Source: Candidatus Latescibacterota bacterium (lineage in GTDB: Bacteria; Latescibacterota; UBA2968). From it: DNA of 64,000 nucleotides. Position numbers and translations under genes: made by a program. Below the pieces are notes generated by a model, which saw only the letters and a list, made by a program, of their open reading frames with translations, was not told the origin of the DNA and did not search any database. The stretch lies in NCBI GenBank assembly GCA_965207885.1, contig OZ242311.1:3328001-3392000 (forward strand), in the 5' to 3' direction. Below, piece after piece: positions 38,564 through 48,569 of the stretch; positions within the stretch are counted from its first letter, which is position 1; every line of letters begins with the position of its first letter.

Positions 38564-38643
38564 CTGGACGCCTGCTTAAACCATGCAGGCGTGAAGATAG
38601 AAATAGCGATTGTCATTGCGGCATGTTTTTAGCCGCAATCCAG
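38564..38643. repeat. Inverted pair of REP-like palindromes (REPIN-like doublet)
   Basis: CTGGA-cgcctgc-ttaaaccat-gcaggcg-TGA (38564-38594) and, inverted, CTGGA-ttgcggc-taaaaacat-gccgcaa-TGAC (38643-38612). Confidence 0.7.
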
Positions 38644-38730
38644 TGTTTTGCAATGTTAGTATCCACTAATTTCAGTTGCTCGTGCAATAGCTTTTGTTTT
38701 CTTTATTATTCTCTCACAAAGGAGCAATTT

Positions 38731-39939
38731 ATGAACCCCGTAAAATTTGGCATTGTTGGCATTGGCGGTTTTGGCCAAACACACTTACGCTCTGTCGAAG
38801 CACTCGAACGAAAAGGACGCGCACGCCTCAATGCCGCTGTTGTCATTGATCCGGAAAACCATCCCGAAAAACTCGCCGAATTTAAAACCCGCAATGTTCG
38901 CGTTTACGACACATTTGACGAGCTCCTCAGCGCAGGAGGTATAGACTACGTCACCTTGCCCATTGGCATTCACTATCACGTCCCCTATTCCGTTGCAGCA
39001 CTCGAAGCGGGATTCAATGTCATCTGTGAAAAACCACTATCAGCCACGATACAGGACGCCAACCATTTGATAAATATAAAAAACAAAACGGGCAAAATCG
39101 CGCTCATTGGATATCAATCAATCTACGCACCCAGCATCCAGACCATCAAAGCCCGCTTATTAGACGGTCGGCTGGGCAAGTTGCATGCGATTCGCATCAA
39201 AGGCGGATGGCCGCGCAACAACCTGTATTACAGCCGCAACACCTGGGCCGGGCGGCTCACACTCGACGACGACACCTGTGTTCTCGACAGCCCGATTAAC
39301 AACGCCATGGCACACGACCTCAACAATGCGATGTACCTGTGCGGCGCAACCCATCACGAATCGGCCATACCCGAAACTGTACAGGCCGAACTCTACCGAG
39401 CACGCGATATCCAGACACTCGACACAGCTATACTCCGCATTGTCGCAAATGGCGTTGACGTCCTCATCGGCCTATCCCATTCCACCCGCGAAAATTTCGG
39501 TCCCCTCATGCAACTCCAGTGCGAACATGGAACAGTCGAATGGAGCCGACCAGGTTCAATCATTCGCTACAATGACGGCAGCACAGACACCTTTGAAGAG
39601 CACGACTTGCGCGATCGCCACGGCCCGTTTCACAACGCCATCGACGTACTGCAAAACAACGCCACGCCCCTGTGTCCGCCAGAAGTTGCACGCGCACAAA
39701 CCCTGTGCGTCAATGGCGCACACGAAAGTTGTCCCAATATCGCCACAGTCGATCACAGTGAAATCGAAGTCGTCAAACGCGACGGCGCAACCTTCCACAT
39801 CATCAAGGGTCTCGACGACCTGTTAGACCAGAGTTTTCGCACGGGCAAACTCTTCTCAGAACTCGGCGTCAGTTGGGCAATCTCACCCCAGCCTTATGAC
39901 ATGACGAACTACGACCATTATCCTTACGGCGGCAAATAG
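38731..39939 (+). CDS. Gfo/Idh/MocA family oxidoreductase
   Basis: Start MNPVKFGIVGIGG after AAGGAG; ICEKP. Confidence 0.9.
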   Translation: MNPVKFGIVGIGGFGQTHLRSVEALERKGRARLNAAVVIDPENHPEKLAEFKTRNVRVYDTFDELLSAGGIDYVTLPIGIHYHVPYSVAALEAGFNVICEKPLSATIQDANHLINIKNKTGKIALIGYQSIYAPSIQTIKARLLDGRLGKLHAIRIKGGWPRNNLYYSRNTWAGRLTLDDDTCVLDSPINNAMAHDLNNAMYLCGATHHESAIPETVQAELYRARDIQTLDTAILRIVANGVDVLIGLSHSTRENFGPLMQLQCEHGTVEWSRPGSIIRYNDGSTDTFEEHDLRDRHGPFHNAIDVLQNNATPLCPPEVARAQTLCVNGAHESCPNIATVDHSEIEVVKRDGATFHIIKGLDDLLDQSFRTGKLFSELGVSWAISPQPYDMTNYDHYPYGGK

Positions 39940-41729
39940 TTCAAAAACCAGGCCAGCGTTCGCCGCGCACTATCGCGGCGGTTTTTCTCTTTCCGAAACC
40001 CGTGGCCCTCGCCCGGATACACCACCAGGCCCACTGGCACCCCCAGTGATTCCAGCGCACGACAGGTGACTTTGGATTCTGACAGCGGACAAATCGGGTC
40101 CTGATCGCCGTGCAACAACAGTAGCGGCGTGCGAATTGCGCCTAAATTGGGAAACACATCGCCCCCGCGCGTACGCTCTGTAATTGGCCACGACAGCGGT
40201 TCCAAATACTCTGTCTCATACGTAAAATCACCCGTCTCCAGAGTCATCCGCCTGTTGTCGATAAAGCCGAAAAGCGCAACGCCAGCCTGAAACCGATCCG
40301 TCACAGCCAGCGCCCGCAAAGTCATATATCCCCCGTAAGACCCACCGAAAATACCCACCCGATTTTTTAATGCAAGCCCCTCTTCAATCAAAAAATCAAT
40401 ACCCGAAACAATATCCTCGAGATCGGCCCGCCCCTGGCATCCGATATTGCTCCGCGCGAAATCGTCCCCAAAACCCAGAGAACCTCGAAATGCCGGACGA
40501 AAAACCCGGTAGCCTGCCCGCAACAAATGGCGATATCGAACCACCTCGCTCCGCACGTTCTCCACCGGTGCAGCAGGTCCGCCGTGTGCCGAAACCAGTA
40601 ACGGGGCAGAGCCTCTAAGTCTATCCGCTTCGTAGAGCACCCCTTCGATCTCCATGCCATCGGGAGCTTCCCATTCCATTTCTAAAACGCGCAAATCCTC
40701 GTAATTCTCAGGCTGGGGCAAGGGCACTCGGCGCGTTCCCGTCCAAATTGCAGGGAATCGCTCCGCGTCCTCGGTTTCAAAAATAGCCAGACCATCGGGC
40801 ATCCACACAATATCTGATACTGCGTCCAGATCGCCAAATGTCCCTTCTGGCGTTCCATCCAGAGCCAGTACTTCCGTCTGCGTTTGCAAACCCTCCACAA
40901 ACGACACCCAGGCAGTTTTGTCGCGAGGTCCCCAGCCAAAGCGCGCAATACAGCGCCCCCCCTCTGTGAGATTCACCCGTTCGCTGCCATCCCATGACAA
41001 CCACCACAAATCTGTATGTGTCGTAATGGGATACGCCGCCTCGTGATTCGCTTCGTAAAGCAACGCAGAGCCATCTGAAGCCATCACCACCCGGCCGACC
41101 TTGCCAGCGCCCTCGGTCAACTTTCGCACCTCATTTGTATTCAAATCAAAGCCGTAAAACTCTCCCCGCTGCGCTTCTTCGGGAATCACATTGAGAGATT
41201 CTCGCCAGGCGATTCGACGGCCATACCGACACATGCTCAGATTCCCGCATCCTTCTGGCACATCGGCGAGATCGTGCCAACCCTCAATTGAAGCATATCG
41301 ACACAGCGTGACCTTTTCTCTCGTCGCGGGATAAAAATACGGTGCTTTGGGATCCACAGACTCGCGGCGATCCACAAGCGCACCTACAACCAGGCCCCGT
41401 ATGCCCCATTTGACATCATAGGAAATTGTCCCTTTGGGAATCGTGAGCAAACGCCCCTTTGTACCATCCAGATCAACCCGCCATAGCGCGCCTTCGGATT
41501 CGACCAGCGCACAATTTTCATCGGCCGGCCAAATGCGCGTCACAGAATCAAACACAGGTTCGAGCACGGCTCTCTCTGAGGTCAACTTGAACAGGGAGCC
41601 GCTCAATATCACAAATAACACCTCAGATCCAACGCGCACCATACCCTGCACGCGCTTGAGATCCAGAGCCGTATCTGTCAGACGGTCTAAATGCGACGGC
41701 AATTTAACTTCATCCAGTAACACATCCAT
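39924..41729 (-). CDS. S9 (prolyl oligopeptidase/acylaminoacyl peptidase) family peptidase
   Basis: HGGP, RGSLGFG, GGSYGG, HGDQD, YPGEGH; N-terminal beta-propeller region. Confidence 0.92.
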   Translation of the reverse strand: MDVLLDEVKLPSHLDRLTDTALDLKRVQGMVRVGSEVLFVILSGSLFKLTSERAVLEPVFDSVTRIWPADENCALVESEGALWRVDLDGTKGRLLTIPKGTISYDVKWGIRGLVVGALVDRRESVDPKAPYFYPATREKVTLCRYASIEGWHDLADVPEGCGNLSMCRYGRRIAWRESLNVIPEEAQRGEFYGFDLNTNEVRKLTEGAGKVGRVVMASDGSALLYEANHEAAYPITTHTDLWWLSWDGSERVNLTEGGRCIARFGWGPRDKTAWVSFVEGLQTQTEVLALDGTPEGTFGDLDAVSDIVWMPDGLAIFETEDAERFPAIWTGTRRVPLPQPENYEDLRVLEMEWEAPDGMEIEGVLYEADRLRGSAPLLVSAHGGPAAPVENVRSEVVRYRHLLRAGYRVFRPAFRGSLGFGDDFARSNIGCQGRADLEDIVSGIDFLIEEGLALKNRVGIFGGSYGGYMTLRALAVTDRFQAGVALFGFIDNRRMTLETGDFTYETEYLEPLSWPITERTRGGDVFPNLGAIRTPLLLLHGDQDPICPLSESKVTCRALESLGVPVGLVVYPGEGHGFRKEKNRRDSARRTLAWFLNYLPP

Positions 41730-41979
41730 AGCAACCCTTCCGACCAGAACTCCGTGCGGAATTCAATAAGACAAACAAATCGCCCCACAAGATAGCGTTA
41801 GACCTCGATATAAGCAACAGCACAATGCATAAAAATAAGAGCCTACTTCGTAAGATACAAAACAATCGCTCTCTCTTTTTAACTTGACCAACAGAAATAC
41901 TTTGCCATACCTGTTTCTCCGTCCTATCTTGTCCCGTCCTTTTGATCCACCTGAACCCACCCTCCTTCCGGAGCACCTT

Positions 41980-43431
41980 ATGGCTCGCAACCTCCTCTTA
42001 ATCACCACCGATCAACAGCGCTGGGACAGCCTGCCCTGTTACGGCCTCGGCTTTATGCAAACTCCCAACCTCGACCGTCTTGCACTTGAAGGCATGGTAT
42101 TTGACCACTGCATTGTCCCCTCCCCTGTATGCGTACCTTGCCGCGCGTCCATCATGAGCGGGCAGTACCCCAGCGTAACCGGCGTGCTCGGCAATGGCAA
42201 CTGGTTACCCGATCACGTGCCGACCTGGCCGCACATCATTTCGCAGACTGGACGGCGCACCGCAGCCATCGGCAAAATGCACTTTCACCCCTGGGATTCT
42301 CTCCAGGGCTTTGACGAACGCATCATGGCCGAAGACAAACGGCACATATACCTGCCCGACCACCACGTACAATTTCTCGCTGCACACGGCCTTGACCGAC
42401 CACACCCCACCACATTGCCGGGTTATTACGAAAACATGGGCGCATCCATCACACCACACGAACGCAAATTTCACGTCGATGGCTTTGTCGGCGACCAGGC
42501 AACCGAATGGCTCCAACAAAATGGGAACGACCCCTTTGCCGCATGGGTCAGCTTTCCCGGACCACACGACCCGTACGATCCCCCAGAAGACATGGCCCTT
42601 ATGTATGCCGACGCGCCCATACCCGAACCAGTTGGCTCTGCAGAAGAACTCACCGACAAACCCCCCGCACAAAGAGACCGCGGCCGCGGCAGCCTGTCCA
42701 ACTCCATGTTTCGCCTGGATTATTCACAGGCCACGCCAGAACACTACCGCAAATGGCGCGAGCACTACTACGCCAACATCAGCCTGATAGACGAAGGAAT
42801 TGGCAAAATCATCGCCGCACTCGAAGCCCATGGCGTACTCGACGACACCCTCATCATCTTCACCAGCGATCACGGCGACGCACTGGGCGATCACGGCCTG
42901 CCCTTCAAAGGCTTCTTTTACGACTGCATGTCTCGCGTACCCCTCATCATTCGCGGTCCCGATGTCCCCGCCCATCAGCGCGCTCCGGGCCTTGTCAGCA
43001 TCATTGATCTCGTCCCACTCTTTTATCACGCCTGCGATACCGAACCGCCCGGCACACTTCAGGGAGAGGACATTCGCCGATTATTCAAAGACCCCACCGC
43101 GACCATCCGACAGGCCGCATTTTGCGAAATAGGCGGTCGCGCTATGGTGCGAACCGAACGCTACAAATACGCGCACTACGCCGATGGATCTGCCGAACTC
43201 TACGACCTCGAAAACGATCCCGATGAACTCGTCAACCGCGCGGGCGACGCGCAACTCTCCCATATTGAAAACGACCTCAAATCCCGCTTGCTCAAACACT
43301 GGATCGACAACCAGAAACACCAATCGAACTACGTCTCTGCCCCGCAATACTGGGTGCGAGAGGCACTTGAAGCCGATTACAAAAAACAACAGGAAGAAGG
43401 CGGAGATCTACGTTATAGACCGCTGTATTGA
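41980..43431 (+). CDS. Sulfatase
   Basis: Start MARNLLLITTDQQR (GGAG RBS); CVPCR, GKMH, SDHGD. Confidence 0.92.
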   Translation: MARNLLLITTDQQRWDSLPCYGLGFMQTPNLDRLALEGMVFDHCIVPSPVCVPCRASIMSGQYPSVTGVLGNGNWLPDHVPTWPHIISQTGRRTAAIGKMHFHPWDSLQGFDERIMAEDKRHIYLPDHHVQFLAAHGLDRPHPTTLPGYYENMGASITPHERKFHVDGFVGDQATEWLQQNGNDPFAAWVSFPGPHDPYDPPEDMALMYADAPIPEPVGSAEELTDKPPAQRDRGRGSLSNSMFRLDYSQATPEHYRKWREHYYANISLIDEGIGKIIAALEAHGVLDDTLIIFTSDHGDALGDHGLPFKGFFYDCMSRVPLIIRGPDVPAHQRAPGLVSIIDLVPLFYHACDTEPPGTLQGEDIRRLFKDPTATIRQAAFCEIGGRAMVRTERYKYAHYADGSAELYDLENDPDELVNRAGDAQLSHIENDLKSRLLKHWIDNQKHQSNYVSAPQYWVREALEADYKKQQEEGGDLRYRPLY

Positions 43432-43443
43432 AAGGAGTTACCC

Positions 43444-44583
43444 TTGAAAATCACCGATGTCGAAACCATTCAATTCAAATATATCGCCAACACCGAACAG
43501 GACAGCGATGGACACGGGCATCCTGGTCCCGAGCGCGAAGCCGTTCAAACCCTGCTCAAAATTTCAACCGACGAAGACGTATCCGGATACTGGTTCGGTG
43601 CAAATGCACGGGTGATCAACAGCATGGTCAAACCAGAACTCATTGGCAAAGACCCCTTTATGCGCGAACAAATCTGGCACGACCTCAACCACCGCCAGCG
43701 CATCAACTCAGACACCATAACCGACAAAGTCATCATGTCCGTTGACCTCGCCCTCTGGGACCTGGCCGGGCGCGCGCTCAATCAACCCGTTTACAAATTG
43801 CTCGGCGGGTACCGCGACAAAGTACCCGCCTATGCATCTACCATGTGCGGCGACGACCTCGAAGGCGGTTTGGCCACGCCCGAAGACTATGCCCGCTTTG
43901 CCGAATGGTGTATGACACGTGGGTACCCCGCCTTCAAACTCCACACCTGGCAGCCCCCCTACGAAGGTGCCCCCAGTGTCAAACGCGACCTCGAAGCCTG
44001 CGCTGCCGTGCGCGAAGCCGTCGGCCCCGACGTACCCCTCATGCTCGACCCCTATCACTATTACGACCGCGAAGCCTCGCTTGCCCTGGCAAAAGGACTC
44101 GAAAAACTCGACTACTACTGGATGGAAGAACCCATGGACGAACACAGCATGTCGTCCTATGTCTGGCTCTGTGAACAAACGTCTTTACCGATATGTGGTC
44201 CCGAAACCTGCGAAGGAAAAATGTATGTGCGCGCTGAATGGATCAAAGCCGGAGCCTGCGACATTTCCCGCTGCGGCGTCGGCGATGTGGGCGGTCTGAC
44301 CCCCCTCATGAAAACCGTTCACCTGTGCGAATCCTTTGGCATGCGCTGCGAAATCCACGGAGGCGGTCCCGGCAATTTGCACGCCCTGTGCGCCATGACC
44401 AACGGCGAATTTTACGAACGCGGCCTCCTCCACCCCTTCATCGACTTCGATGAACAGGCGCCCTGGCTACACGAACACGGCGAACCCATGGATGACCAGG
44501 GATTTGTCCATGTTCCCCAGCGCCCGGGATTGGGCATGAACATCAACTGGAATTATATCGAAAAAAACAGGATCAGAATATAG
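43444..44583 (+). CDS. Mandelate racemase/enolase superfamily acid-sugar dehydratase
   Basis: DLALWDLAG...PVYKLLGG, FKLH, MLDP, WMEEP, GPE, RPGLG; TTG start after AAGGAG. Confidence 0.9.
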   Translation: MKITDVETIQFKYIANTEQDSDGHGHPGPEREAVQTLLKISTDEDVSGYWFGANARVINSMVKPELIGKDPFMREQIWHDLNHRQRINSDTITDKVIMSVDLALWDLAGRALNQPVYKLLGGYRDKVPAYASTMCGDDLEGGLATPEDYARFAEWCMTRGYPAFKLHTWQPPYEGAPSVKRDLEACAAVREAVGPDVPLMLDPYHYYDREASLALAKGLEKLDYYWMEEPMDEHSMSSYVWLCEQTSLPICGPETCEGKMYVRAEWIKAGACDISRCGVGDVGGLTPLMKTVHLCESFGMRCEIHGGGPGNLHALCAMTNGEFYERGLLHPFIDFDEQAPWLHEHGEPMDDQGFVHVPQRPGLGMNINWNYIEKNRIRI

Positions 44584-44619
44584 GGATATTCCTACCCCCA
44601 ACCAAAACAGGAGAATTTT

Positions 44620-45780
44620 ATGGACAAAGTACGCATCGGCATCATCGGCATCGGCAACATGGGCAGTGGACATAGTCTTTATTTGCACCCGGGCGAGGTA
44701 TCCAATGCCGAACTAACCGCTATCTGCGACATAGATCCCGACCGCATCAAGTGGGCGCGCGAAAACCTGGGCGAGAATATTCGCACATTCGACAGTGCCG
44801 ATGATCTCATGGCTTCTGGAACCGTCGATGCCGTCATCGTCGCCACACCGCACTACCTCCATCCGCTACTGGCAATTCAGGCTATGAACAGCGGGTTGCA
44901 TGTACTCATTGAAAAGCCCGCAGGTGTTTATACAAAGCAGGTCGCAGAAATGAATGCTGTAGCTGAAAAAAGCGACCGCGTCTTTGGCCTCATGTTCAAC
45001 CAGCGCACCATAGGAGCGCACCAAAAACTCAAAGACCTGGTCGCATCGGGTGATCTGGGCGAAATTCAGCGTACGAACTACATCATCACCACCTGGTTCC
45101 GCTCGCAAAGTTATTACGACTCAGGCGGTTGGCGCGCGACATGGGAAGGCGAAGGCGGCGGCGTCTTAATGAACCAGTGTCCGCACAACCTCGATCTCTG
45201 GCAATGGATTTGCGGTATGCCTACCCGATGCAGGGCATTTGTCGGATTTGGCAAATACCACGATATCGAAGTCGATGACGAAGTCACCGCCTACGTGGAA
45301 TACGAAAATGGCGCAACAGGTGTATTCATCACCACAACGGGTGAAGCTCCCGGCACCAACCGTCTCGAAATCACTGGCGATCGCGGCAAAGTCGTCATGG
45401 AAGGTGGAAACATCACCTTCTGGCGCACACGCGAATCCGTCAGCAAATTCTGCAAAGAATACAAAGGCGGCTTTGGCAGCCCCGAATCCTGGAAATGCGA
45501 CATCCCCACGGGCAGCAGCGGCGAAGCCCATCGCGGCATCACGCAAAACTGGGTTGATGCCATACGCACGGGCAGTCCCCTCCTCGCACCTGGGGTTGAG
45601 GGAATCAAAGGCGTCGAACTCGCCAATGCCATGCTCTTATCCGCCTGGACAGACAACTGGGTTGATATCCCGGTTGACAGTGATCTCTTCTATGAAAAAC
45701 TCCAGGAAAAGATCAAAAATTCCAATACAACTAAAAGCGCAGAAGACAGCACCGTACTCGACGTATCCGAGACGTATTGA
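44620..45780 (+). CDS. Gfo/Idh/MocA family oxidoreductase
   Basis: IGIIGIGNMG, IEKPAG, GGGVLMNQCPHNLD. Confidence 0.93.
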   Translation: MDKVRIGIIGIGNMGSGHSLYLHPGEVSNAELTAICDIDPDRIKWARENLGENIRTFDSADDLMASGTVDAVIVATPHYLHPLLAIQAMNSGLHVLIEKPAGVYTKQVAEMNAVAEKSDRVFGLMFNQRTIGAHQKLKDLVASGDLGEIQRTNYIITTWFRSQSYYDSGGWRATWEGEGGGVLMNQCPHNLDLWQWICGMPTRCRAFVGFGKYHDIEVDDEVTAYVEYENGATGVFITTTGEAPGTNRLEITGDRGKVVMEGGNITFWRTRESVSKFCKEYKGGFGSPESWKCDIPTGSSGEAHRGITQNWVDAIRTGSPLLAPGVEGIKGVELANAMLLSAWTDNWVDIPVDSDLFYEKLQEKIKNSNTTKSAEDSTVLDVSETY

Positions 45781-45861
45781 GACAAAAAATTCGAGGGCCG
45801 ATTCTCAAGTAAAGAACCGACCCCCACGCGGAAGCTGACTGAAGAATAAGTTACAGCCACG

Positions 45862-46350
45862 TCAAATCGACTTTGGCACCTCAAAAAACACCAGATCCCC
45901 CGATACCGCATCTGACCAATCATCAATCGGCAGATCAATACCTGCGACACCACACGTCGGCACATTGACAATAGCAGATCCCGTTAGTTCATTGACCAAT
46001 ACGGTCATATCCGGGTTGTGTCCTATTACCATAACCTCCCGATACCGATTATCGACCTCTCGAATCAAATCCAGCACATCCCCACTGTGCCCCGAATAAA
46101 TGCGCTCGTGCCATGCAATCCGTTTTTTAGAAAAATTGAGTGACTTGCGCAATCGCTTGACCGTAGATCGCACGCGTTTGGCCGTGCTACACAACAAGTA
46201 ATCTGGCTCGACCTTCCACGCCTGCTTCAGGTATTTGCCCATGCGCTTCGAATCCCTTCTTCCACGCTTGTTCAGGGGACGATCAAAATCAGCCAATCCG
46301 ACATAACTCCAATCCGACTTGGCGTGCCGCACGAGATAGAGCCGTTTCAT
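45862..46350 (-). CDS. sixA: Phosphohistidine phosphatase SixA-like
   Basis: RHAKSDW, D.DRPL..RG, S.A.R...T, IGHNP. Confidence 0.85.
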   Translation of the reverse strand: MKRLYLVRHAKSDWSYVGLADFDRPLNKRGRRDSKRMGKYLKQAWKVEPDYLLCSTAKRVRSTVKRLRKSLNFSKKRIAWHERIYSGHSGDVLDLIREVDNRYREVMVIGHNPDMTVLVNELTGSAIVNVPTCGVAGIDLPIDDWSDAVSGDLVFFEVPKSI

Positions 46351-46420
46351 AAAGTATTCTCCGTTAAGGTTTTACACACGTTGAAATATACGCAACCAAT
46401 GGGCTTTTACAACTTAATCT

Positions 46421-48010
46421 TCACTTCGGAAGAATATAAAGTCTCAAGTCACTCGGCGGTGGGATCTCCTCCCGGGGCAGGTCCCGATTGCGCCCCAGTG
46501 TTTCCCAGCGCAAGAGATATCGCTCGCCGGGCCTTGTCCCCGACCCCCGCGCCCAACGCGTATTGATCCTCATACCCGGATACTGAGAAGTCACGCGCGC
46601 CAATTCTCTGGGGATCGCACTCGGGAGCGGCGGATACGTCCCGATCACTTGCATGGTTTGGGGATCCAGCTTCCAGATTCCCCGTCCTTCTTTCACATGT
46701 ATATAGCTCATACTCAATCCCCCATCGGATGCCACATTTACGCTACCCAACCGAATCTCTGCAATAATTGATCCACCCCCTCCAAATTCCCACCGATAGG
46801 TCCAATTGCTCACCTTGTACACAACCCATTCGCCGTATTCCAATCGCGCACAATAGGCTTGCGTATATCCATTTTCGTCGTGCTTGTGATAACTGATCAC
46901 CGGGCGTTTCTGATGATCAAAACCCAGCGACTGCGTCATATTGATCATCCCTCCCCTCGGCGGCACGGGATCGACGATAGCACCGCTTTCTATTGTAATC
47001 GGTAAATCCAACGCATCGCCGCTACCCGTTTCCCAGGCGACGAGGTCACGGCTGCGGGCATATGAGATATCGTGATTGGTTGCAGCATCGGGTGTGTCGC
47101 GCCACATCCAAATCATGTGGAACATTCCATCGGGACCTTTCTGGGGACTGCGCGCGTACGCATTCATCCGCCCTAACCCATCCAATAACGGCGTATCGTG
47201 CAATCTTCGCCATGTTCTGGTCTCAACATCGTAAATATTATAAAATTCAACCGCATTGCCACTACTGCCGTCTCGATACCTGAAAATCAATTCATTATTG
47301 GGACCGCGCATAAACACGGGATAAGTGCAGCGATCTTCATTTTGTCCCACCATCGAATCAATGCGCTCAAAACTCGTCACATCGAGTGGCCGCGTTGTGC
47401 GAAAATAAATCAGCGGATCCACATGCATATTCCCGCTCAGATGGATATGATCGTCGGTGTCAATAGCCATGGTCAGGTAATTGTGGGTGTCCCATCCGGT
47501 TTCCGACGACAGTCGGCCTCGATTTTCCAACCATACACCTCTGGGCTGTTCAAATGTCCACGTCTCTGCATCTAAATTTCTCATCCCCACCGTCATTTTG
47601 CGGTCGGCATCGTAAAATGCGACAAATTGTACATCGCCATAAGTCAACAGGTCAAAACTAACGGGATGTCCAGCCCATACCTTAGAGATAAATAACGAGC
47701 CGAGAATTTTCCTATTATCTACTGTCGGGGTCGCCCCCCCATTTGACGCGACTGTTTTGCCAAAATTTGCGGCAAAATGCAAAAAATCATCGAACCCGAT
47801 CTCGCCATCGCCATCCAGATCAAAACGATCTTCATACTTATCATCGCCCTGACGCGCCCCGAATTTGGCGACAAAGAGCAAAAAATCGGGAAAATCGACC
47901 ACGCCACTATTATCAAAATCTGGACTGGAGACTTGTTCTAATGCCACATTGGCCAGAAGGGGTTGGATCAGAAGCACGATGGATAGCAAGGCGAGGATAT
48001 GCCGACACAT
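46421..48010 (-). CDS. Secreted BNR-repeat (BNR_4-like) beta-propeller with N-terminal dockerin/EF-hand-like repeat
   Basis: Signal peptide; DFDNSGVVDFPDFL and DLDGDGEIGFDDFL; DTHNY, IHLSGNMH, TYP.F, YRDGSSG, NHDISYARS (BNR_4, polysaccharide-lyase-like propeller). Confidence 0.75.
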   Translation of the reverse strand: MCRHILALLSIVLLIQPLLANVALEQVSSPDFDNSGVVDFPDFLLFVAKFGARQGDDKYEDRFDLDGDGEIGFDDFLHFAANFGKTVASNGGATPTVDNRKILGSLFISKVWAGHPVSFDLLTYGDVQFVAFYDADRKMTVGMRNLDAETWTFEQPRGVWLENRGRLSSETGWDTHNYLTMAIDTDDHIHLSGNMHVDPLIYFRTTRPLDVTSFERIDSMVGQNEDRCTYPVFMRGPNNELIFRYRDGSSGNAVEFYNIYDVETRTWRRLHDTPLLDGLGRMNAYARSPQKGPDGMFHMIWMWRDTPDAATNHDISYARSRDLVAWETGSGDALDLPITIESGAIVDPVPPRGGMINMTQSLGFDHQKRPVISYHKHDENGYTQAYCARLEYGEWVVYKVSNWTYRWEFGGGGSIIAEIRLGSVNVASDGGLSMSYIHVKEGRGIWKLDPQTMQVIGTYPPLPSAIPRELARVTSQYPGMRINTRWARGSGTRPGERYLLRWETLGRNRDLPREEIPPPSDLRLYILPK

Positions 48011-48032
48011 GGCATCTCACTCCTATCGACAG

Positions 48033-48065
48033 AAAAAGGGCTTGCGATCCATATCACAAGCCCTT
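48033..48065 (-). terminator. Intrinsic terminator after tRNA-Leu
   Basis: Minus strand aagggcttgtgat-atgg-atcgcaagccc-ttttt. Confidence 0.75.
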
Positions 48066-48074
48066 GCTTTTATG

Positions 48075-48161
48075 TGGTGCCGAAGAGGGGATTCGAACCC
48101 CTACACCCTTTCGAGTACTGCCCCCTCAAGACAGCGTGTCTACCAATTCCACCACTTCGGC
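48075..48161 (-). tRNA. tRNA-Leu (anticodon GAG)
   Basis: GCCGAAG acceptor stem, D-loop GGAATTGGTAGAC, anticodon arm CTGTC-TTGAGGG-GGCAG, long variable arm, GGTTCGAATCC and encoded CCA; classic position after secG. Confidence 0.97.
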
Positions 48162-48168
48162 ACAAAAT

Positions 48169-48561
48169 CTATGGCGTGGTACTGCCGGTATCGGCCGGTG
48201 CCGTTTGGGTTGTTCCTTCAGTGGGTGTGGTTTCCGGAAAGGTCAGAGGTTGAGGAATTTGCTGCATGGGCATCTGCCCTTCTTCCATTAACCGCTCAGC
48301 AGCCGTTGACGGCACAGAATCAGGCGAACGCCCCGCGTACCAAAGCCCGATACATGTCAGCGCAAAAATAATCCCCACATACGTCGTCACTTTTGCCAAC
48401 ATAGGCACGGCACCACCACCGCCAAACATCGATGTGCCACCACCACCCATACCGCCAAAAGCACCGCCGGACAGCCCACCACTTCTGCCGGGCTGCATCA
48501 AAATAACCAGAATGAGTACCGCACAAACTATCACATGAACAATCAAAAGAAAAATTTCCAT
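48169..48561 (-). CDS. secG: Preprotein translocase subunit SecG
   Basis: LILVILMQPG..GGL.G...FGG, L.K.T, two TM segments; between tpiA and tRNA-Leu. Confidence 0.93.
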   Translation of the reverse strand: MEIFLLIVHVIVCAVLILVILMQPGRSGGLSGGAFGGMGGGGTSMFGGGGAVPMLAKVTTYVGIIFALTCIGLWYAGRSPDSVPSTAAERLMEEGQMPMQQIPQPLTFPETTPTEGTTQTAPADTGSTTP

Positions 48562-48569
48562 ATCACCCT

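Noticed and set aside
48075-48161. tRNA-Leu as the attachment site of an integrated element
   Set aside because: No integrase and no duplicated tRNA 3' end seen in the window.
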